DNA of 64,000 nucleotides from Actinomycetes bacterium (GTDB lineage Bacteria; Actinomycetota; Acidimicrobiia; Acidimicrobiales; Ilumatobacteraceae): NCBI GenBank assembly GCA_031360915.1, contig JANMCE010000123.1, positions 3,168 to 67,167 of the forward strand, read 5' to 3'. Shown piece by piece: positions 58,552 to 64,000 of this stretch (position 1 is its first letter; each line of letters starts with the position of its first letter). The notes under the pieces were generated by a model. It saw only the letters and a program-made list of their open reading frames with translations, ran no database searches and was not told where the DNA came from. The position numbers and the translations under genes were made by a program.

Positions 58552-60792
58552 TCAGTTGGTAGCCAGTACGGGTTCGCGCGAAACGCTCAAAGCCGCATGG
58601 GTTCGCCACGGTGCCAGGGTGCGAATACGTAAGTCGGCGAGGTGGCAGATGTAGTTCATCGCCTCCATGAATCCGGCCTTACTGACGCCGGCTTCCCGTT
58701 TCGCGAAGTCGTAGGCGACCTCCTCGACCGCTAGGTAGGGGTGGCTTACGAGTAGTTCGACGAGAATCTTGAAGCCGAACGGGTTGAGCCGGGCGGTGTC
58801 CACAAGGTGCGGTGGCACCGTGAACAATCCTGACATCGGATCAGAGACCCGCGTCAACTGGGTGGGAAAGATTGTGCGCGCCAGGCCGCACGCCGACCTC
58901 GACCCGAGACGACGAAGTCGGTTGAGGCCCTCGGCCGCGCCGTCGGGCGTACGGGTGCCGACGACAAACGCGTCGGGGTAATTCCGTGCGGTGGCCAGTA
59001 GCGCCGGAATGGCCTCCGGGGGGTGTTGCAGGTCTGCGTCCATCACTACGACCGTTCGCCCGTGAGCGGAACGGATACCTTCGACGACGGCGCCGCCGAG
59101 GCCACCGTGGCGATGGCCGACCGGTCGGTGCATAAGCCGAACGGGTATGGCCGTCTCTGTCGCCATCATTTGAACGACGGCGGGGGTGGCGTCGTCGCTG
59201 TCATCAACAAAGAGAACCTCGCTAGTCACTCCGGCGAGCACGGGAAGTAGTCGGTTAAGAAGCGGACGTACGCATTCGGCCTCGTTACGCGTCGGGACAA
59301 CGATCGTGACGTCAATCGGTGGAACTGCAGCCTGGACCGGGTTGGGGAGGTGTCGTCGGACACGGAACGTCAGCGGCAGCAGAGCGCAGCCGACGAGGAC
59401 GAGCCCGATCGGTGACCCGAGGCGGATTAGCACTACGCCCAGGTCGGGGCCGGCCGGTAAGACAGTGAAAAGCGCTATAACGGTGAATAGCGTGTGGCTA
59501 TATCCGGCTCGACCAGCGGACGTGACCGCCCCGATCACGAGCCCCGATGTCAGGTACCACGGCTGCACTGCTGGACCGAACAGAGCCAAAGTGAGCATCG
59601 CGGTCGTCAATGCGGCGAGGCCACGAGTTCGGCTCTGGGTGAGAAGCCAGCAGATCGAAACGGCCGCACCGGCTACACCTATCAGTCGCAGCACTCCGGC
59701 AATACCGGTCACGGTCGAATCGACGCCGACAATCGAGGAGATCCAATGCATCGGAACGGCCAGAATCGTGGCGGGCGAAAGGTAACTCAGCACGCTCGGA
59801 CTGCCCACCATGTTCCTCGCCCACGCCCACCCATAGCCGGTCGCCATGCCGAGCAGATGCAGAGTCCCCAAACCAACCACTGCGGCCAACGACACATCGG
59901 TCTTTCGTCGCTGCACGCCACGCGGACCCACGATCCCGAGATATCCGACGGCGACGAGCGCAGGAGCTTTCACGGCCGCAGCCAACCCGCACAACACCAG
60001 TGCCGCGAGCCAGCGTCGCCGCCCGGAGCCTTCAGCGACAGCGATGCCGCCGACGAGAAGTGCGACCATGAACGCGTCGTTGTGGGCTCCCGACACGAAA
60101 TGGAGGAGAATCAACGGATTCGCAAGCGCCAGGACCAGAACCTCGGCCGGCGATCGTCCCCTCCCGCGAGCGATCGCTACCAGTCCGATGCCGGTAGCAG
60201 CAACGCTGAGCATGGCGAGTAGCCGGAACGCAAGCGTTTTTGTCACGAGCTTGTTGCCAGAGTGGGCAACGGCAACCTTCGCGACGATCGTGAACAGCGG
60301 ACCGTAGGGCGTCGCGCCCTTGTTCCAAATCGGGTCCACTGCAACGCCCGCCACGCCTCCCGGAGGGTCAATCGACGACACGTACGGGTTCACGTTCGTG
60401 TTCGCCACTTCACCGAGCGCGACGTAGCTATACACATCGCGACTGGCCAAAGGCGGCCCGATAACGAAGGGTAACGACCACAGCGCGCACACGATTACTG
60501 CGCCACGCAACGGAAACGAGCTGCTCCGAGCACGAACTCGCAGGCGCAGCCAGGCGCGACAAAGTACGGCCAGTCCGGCGAAGAACAACGCGACCGCCGC
60601 GATGGCATTCCATCGGGGATGGAGCGGAAGAAACGGTGCTGACCATGGCAGCGAACTGCCCTTCGTCGGCTTGTTACCAGCACCGGCCAGGCTGCCGCCG
60701 ATCACTGCTGCGACCGAACCAACGAAACCCACTATCAGTATTCGCCACGGCAACGCGCGGGATGGAGCTTCGGTCGATTCAGGCAGGAGCAT
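58552..60792 (-). CDS. Fusion of a DUF2029/GT-C-type polyprenol-P-mannose-dependent mannosyltransferase-like membrane domain with a GT2 polyprenol-phosphate mannose synthase-like domain
   Basis: N-terminal multi-TM part with SRDVYSYVALGE...NPY...ATPYGPLF. C-terminal GT2 with VTIVVPTRNEAE...VLFVDDSDDAT...VVVMDADLQHPPE. Start set at MLLPEST (60792); the track ORF adds 113 Arg-rich residues. Confidence 0.8.
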   Translation of the reverse strand: MLLPESTEAPSRALPWRILIVGFVGSVAAVIGGSLAGAGNKPTKGSSLPWSAPFLPLHPRWNAIAAVALFFAGLAVLCRAWLRLRVRARSSSFPLRGAVIVCALWSLPFVIGPPLASRDVYSYVALGEVANTNVNPYVSSIDPPGGVAGVAVDPIWNKGATPYGPLFTIVAKVAVAHSGNKLVTKTLAFRLLAMLSVAATGIGLVAIARGRGRSPAEVLVLALANPLILLHFVSGAHNDAFMVALLVGGIAVAEGSGRRRWLAALVLCGLAAAVKAPALVAVGYLGIVGPRGVQRRKTDVSLAAVVGLGTLHLLGMATGYGWAWARNMVGSPSVLSYLSPATILAVPMHWISSIVGVDSTVTGIAGVLRLIGVAGAAVSICWLLTQSRTRGLAALTTAMLTLALFGPAVQPWYLTSGLVIGAVTSAGRAGYSHTLFTVIALFTVLPAGPDLGVVLIRLGSPIGLVLVGCALLPLTFRVRRHLPNPVQAAVPPIDVTIVVPTRNEAECVRPLLNRLLPVLAGVTSEVLFVDDSDDATPAVVQMMATETAIPVRLMHRPVGHRHGGLGGAVVEGIRSAHGRTVVVMDADLQHPPEAIPALLATARNYPDAFVVGTRTPDGAAEGLNRLRRLGSRSACGLARTIFPTQLTRVSDPMSGLFTVPPHLVDTARLNPFGFKILVELLVSHPYLAVEEVAYDFAKREAGVSKAGFMEAMNYICHLADLRIRTLAPWRTHAALSVSREPVLATN

Positions 60793-61427
60793 CGGTACAG
60801 TATCCCTAGCCAACCCTGAAGCGAACCTAAAGAGGATAGTGGTCTCGCCTCTGACCGACCATGGCTGAAGTCTCGTACCAGACGTTGAGTCCAACAGGTG
60901 GCGGCGACGATGGCGATGAGGAGTCCGAGGCTGGCGAACCAGGTGGCGAGTTCTCGGGTGCGTGTGTCGTGACCGACAGCAACATCGTGGCGCGCATTTC
61001 CATGCACGGGTCCGGTTCACCCGCCAGCAACAGACCCAGGCCGCGATCACTTCGGGTGGGAACTTCGACGGCCGGACAACGCGAAGGGCCACAACCCTGA
61101 TGCCATCCGGTGAGCTCGACGAGCTGATCAAGGATCCGGATCTTGCGGTTCCTGATCCCCGCCGATTATCCGGTGGCTAACTTCGTCTGACTGCCTGACG
61201 CTGCCCCATCGAAAGCTCCGTCATCGCCCCGCCTGCAACCGGCGCTGACGCTCATCCAACACCAACGACATCGACCCAAAGAACAGCCCCAACGCCTCCC
61301 GATCAACCTCCACACCCAAACACTACACCGCGCGTCTAATCACGCGGGGGACCCTTAGCCAAGCTGAAGACCGCGAGTAGGGAAACGAGCCTCACCGGCA
61401 TCTGAGGGGAAGCGTCATCGGTTGTTG

Positions 61428-63782
61428 TCAACGAATAGTGGTCGATGTCGTGGTCGATGTGTCGAGAATTTCAGAAGGGGGCGTCTTGGCAATCGCTACC
61501 GAGGGCCCGGCGAGTGAGAGGGCTTCCTGCTCGGTGATCGTTGGTAGTCGCCGGAGGTCTGCGATGTCCTGTAACTCGGCTGGCGACAGTGTGCCGCTTT
61601 GACGTTCCTGCGCGAGGTCTACATCGATGGTTGCTGTCACGCCGGCGAGTACTGCTGTGGCGGCGTTGAATTTTGTGGCGGTGCGATAAAGGTCGCCGAC
61701 TTCGGTGAAGTCGGTGGCGACCAGGTTCGGGAGTCGGTGGCGTTCGGTAGCGCATTGTTGGATACGCCGGGTAAGTTCAGCGGCAGAGTTCGTCTCCTTC
61801 GCTTTCGCCGGACTGGGAACCCCGGTGGTTCGCAGCCAGTGGTTGAGGAGAAACAATGGCTTCCCGGTGCCACCTCTGTTCGGCGTGCACGAAAACTCGG
61901 CGATCGTCTTGAACGTATACGGGGTCTCTTCGAGCAGCGAGTAGGCCGGGATGAGCCACGGGTATTCGCCGCCGTGTTTCTCGGACAACACAATGAGTCG
62001 CCGATTGTTTTCGGTGCCGTTGTTGCGTTCAGGATCGATGAAATCGGCCAGATAGGGCAGATCTGTGGCTTTCGGGTCGGGGATCCAGACCCGGTCGATG
62101 AGCTGCGTCTGCTGGAGAAGCAGTTTGATGTCAGCCGGCGTGACGTAATCCTCCAGGTCAAGGATGACGACCTCGTTGCGGTTCTTGACCAGGAAGTCTC
62201 GGATCGCAGCGAGCTCGATTGCTGCTTTGCTCGCACCGAGTTCGCAGTAGTCGTGACAGAGATATACATCCGTCTTCTTTCCCGACGTGTCAACTGAACC
62301 GGTCAACGCACCGAACCGGTCCAGTGCGGCGACAGCATCGGCACCTTGCTCGGCGAGGATCTGTGCACGAGGTGCGCCACCGGCCAGGTTGGTGCGAATG
62401 AGGCCGTGATCGTCGTAGCCGTAGTAGAGGTCGAGCATCAGCAGTCGCGCTCCGGCGTTCAACTGCTCCGAGATCGGGATCGTGTGTTCGGCACTCAGAA
62501 AATTCGCCGCGCTAGAAGACATGGAGTTGTGACTGCCGGGAAACATCATCTGATTCAGCCGGAGATAGCACAATTCGATGTATCCGTTGCAGCCCCCGAC
62601 CTTGGCGCTCACCTTGGTTGGCCGACCCGCCGAGGCAACGACGGCCAAGGCCCCGGACCCGGTCGCGACCGCGCTGACTGCCATCGTGGCAGCGACAGCA
62701 ACAAAGGTGCGGGGCCGCAACCGGGCGGTCTGATATTCCGCCGGGGACAACATGTTGCTTGTCCGCAGCGCAAGCAACACCCCCACATGCAACGACACCA
62801 ACGCACTCGCGGCAACTGCGACAGCGAGAACGCCTCGGGGCTTGGTGAGCAGCAGGAACGAAGCGAGCACAAGCACAGCAGATGTCGCGAGCCGCCATCG
62901 GCGCAGTGCGGTGCGTTGCCGCACAAATTGGACAGTGCGATGCCAGCGGTCCCGCAGATCGGCCCCATCACGACCCGGTGCAGTAGCGACCACCAGCCCA
63001 ACCGCGATCATGCCCAAGCCAGCGCCCTGCAATCGTCCGAGGAACCGCTCGACAAGCGCAACGATCGCGTCGGCCCGGGCGCTTTCGACCCCATCGGTAA
63101 GCCATGCGTAGGTAGGGCCAGCAAGACTCATCCCGGCCAGAAGCGCGCCCCCGACCGCAAGCGACGCACCGGCCGAGTGCAACGCCCTCGTCCTGTTCTT
63201 GGCTCGGGCGACCGCCATCACCATCATCGCCGCTCCGACGACCAGAACGGGCCCGAACAGCCAGCGGATCCAACGCGCCGATGACACGACGTTCTGCAAC
63301 ACCGCCGACTGGGCGACCCGAGTGGAAGCTTGCAGCACATTGGGGGGCAGCTTGGCCGCAAGATCCGGATTGATGGACTCCAATGCGATACGCACCGCCG
63401 CACTCGCCTGCAACGCGTCGATCTCGGCGAACGCCGCACCGTTGGATCGGAACGCCTGGCGATGAGCCCGTTGCGCGCCAGACCGCACCGCCGCCTCAAC
63501 CGGCGCCGTGTCCAACGCAGCAGACACTGCGCTGCGCACAATCGGGCGAGCAGCAGCGACGATGCTCGTATCTCGGGCGAGACGCAACGTGATGAGGTCT
63601 GCAACATAGTCACGAACCGGCTGATCATGCAGCGACTTCGCCATCACGTCAGCAAACCCGTCAGCGTTCAAAACCCTCGTTGTCATCCACCAACCGGTGG
63701 CCCCGACGACCAGGAGACACGCGGCCACCACATTCAAGAGGCGGATCCGGGCGGGACCGAATGAACGAGCCGGGGTCTTCAT
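61428..63782 (-). CDS. Membrane-anchored protein with a PI-PLC-X-like (PLC-like phosphodiesterase) domain
   Basis: Several N-terminal TM segments, then LNQMMFPGSHNSMSS...GARLLMLDLYYGYDD...VYLCHDYCELG...VVILDLEDYV, consistent with a PLC-like TIM-barrel. Confidence 0.7.
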   Translation of the reverse strand: MKTPARSFGPARIRLLNVVAACLLVVGATGWWMTTRVLNADGFADVMAKSLHDQPVRDYVADLITLRLARDTSIVAAARPIVRSAVSAALDTAPVEAAVRSGAQRAHRQAFRSNGAAFAEIDALQASAAVRIALESINPDLAAKLPPNVLQASTRVAQSAVLQNVVSSARWIRWLFGPVLVVGAAMMVMAVARAKNRTRALHSAGASLAVGGALLAGMSLAGPTYAWLTDGVESARADAIVALVERFLGRLQGAGLGMIAVGLVVATAPGRDGADLRDRWHRTVQFVRQRTALRRWRLATSAVLVLASFLLLTKPRGVLAVAVAASALVSLHVGVLLALRTSNMLSPAEYQTARLRPRTFVAVAATMAVSAVATGSGALAVVASAGRPTKVSAKVGGCNGYIELCYLRLNQMMFPGSHNSMSSSAANFLSAEHTIPISEQLNAGARLLMLDLYYGYDDHGLIRTNLAGGAPRAQILAEQGADAVAALDRFGALTGSVDTSGKKTDVYLCHDYCELGASKAAIELAAIRDFLVKNRNEVVILDLEDYVTPADIKLLLQQTQLIDRVWIPDPKATDLPYLADFIDPERNNGTENNRRLIVLSEKHGGEYPWLIPAYSLLEETPYTFKTIAEFSCTPNRGGTGKPLFLLNHWLRTTGVPSPAKAKETNSAAELTRRIQQCATERHRLPNLVATDFTEVGDLYRTATKFNAATAVLAGVTATIDVDLAQERQSGTLSPAELQDIADLRRLPTITEQEALSLAGPSVAIAKTPPSEILDTSTTTSTTIR

Positions 63783-63930
63783 CTTACGAACATTCAGCTA
63801 TTTTCGGATGTGTCATAAGCCTCGGGCCTCGTGAACTTTGTGGGCCGAACCAAACGTGCGGTTGCCGGCCAAGGTGTTACGACCATATATCGCCGCCCCG
63901 CTGTCGAAAGGGTCCGCGACGCGACAAAAC

Positions 63931-63970
63931 GATCGGTGTGCAGCAGCACTATCGCTGCTGCACACCGATC
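63931..63970 (-). terminator. Strong hairpin (17-bp perfect stem, 6-nt loop), likely terminator of a minus-strand gene ending at the right window edge
   Basis: gatcggtgtgcagcagc-actatc-gctgctgcacaccgatc. On the minus strand it is followed by GTTTTGTC. A possible TAG stop (cta) lies at 63991-63993. Confidence 0.6.
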
Positions 63971-64000
63971 TCTTGTGCGCGTCGGGCGTGCTAGTCGTTG

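Noticed and set aside
61190-61330. C/A-rich tract resembling the Pro/Thr-rich 3' part of the HNH gene at the left edge (possible second HNH remnant or repeat)
   Set aside because: The similarity is compositional only. No frame gives HNH motifs or a convincing alignment to 250-420.

Overview
High-GC, actinobacterial-type chromosomal segment in three parts. Small-motif coordinates were hand-indexed and may be off by 1-2 nt.
(1) 1-7.5 kb: the 3' end of an HNH endonuclease gene and two gene remnants. These are followed by a signal-peptide-less S8 subtilase, transcribed divergently from a TPR-CHAT (caspase-like) protease, and by an ECF-type sigma factor with a small overlapping partner gene.
(2) 7.5-29.3 kb: a 21.7-kb, seven-gene, minus-strand operon with translationally coupled junctions (products of 219, 3320, 692, 344, 1302, 1150 and 142 aa). 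I cannot assign it to any characterised system. The only recognisable pieces are a BNR/Asp-box beta-propeller with a peptidoglycan-binding-like module in protein 6, and a lipase/PGAP1-like alpha/beta-hydrolase signature without the nucleophile serine inside the 3320-aa protein. I saw no NTPase, sheath/tube, Rhs/YD, signal-peptide or transposase signatures. This is my best candidate for an undescribed system.
(3) 29.7-64 kb: a stress and ion-homeostasis accessory region. It holds a persulfide/sulfide-detoxification operon, a MerR/kinase pair, several USP paralogues, a CtpF-like P-type ATPase, an M50-CBS protease, a beta-CASP RNase, TerC, HtpX, NhaA, DUF389, an eRF1-like protein, a PucR regulator, a GT-C/GT2 fusion and a PLC-like membrane protein. 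This region carries at least 15 frame disruptions or truncations, whereas the giant operon has none. It also contains a recurring ~19-nt intergenic motif with a GGGAC/GTCCC core, duplicated promoter leaders, a pentanucleotide microsatellite at a gene junction and several perfect palindromes. No rRNA, tRNA, CRISPR array or intact mobile element was found.
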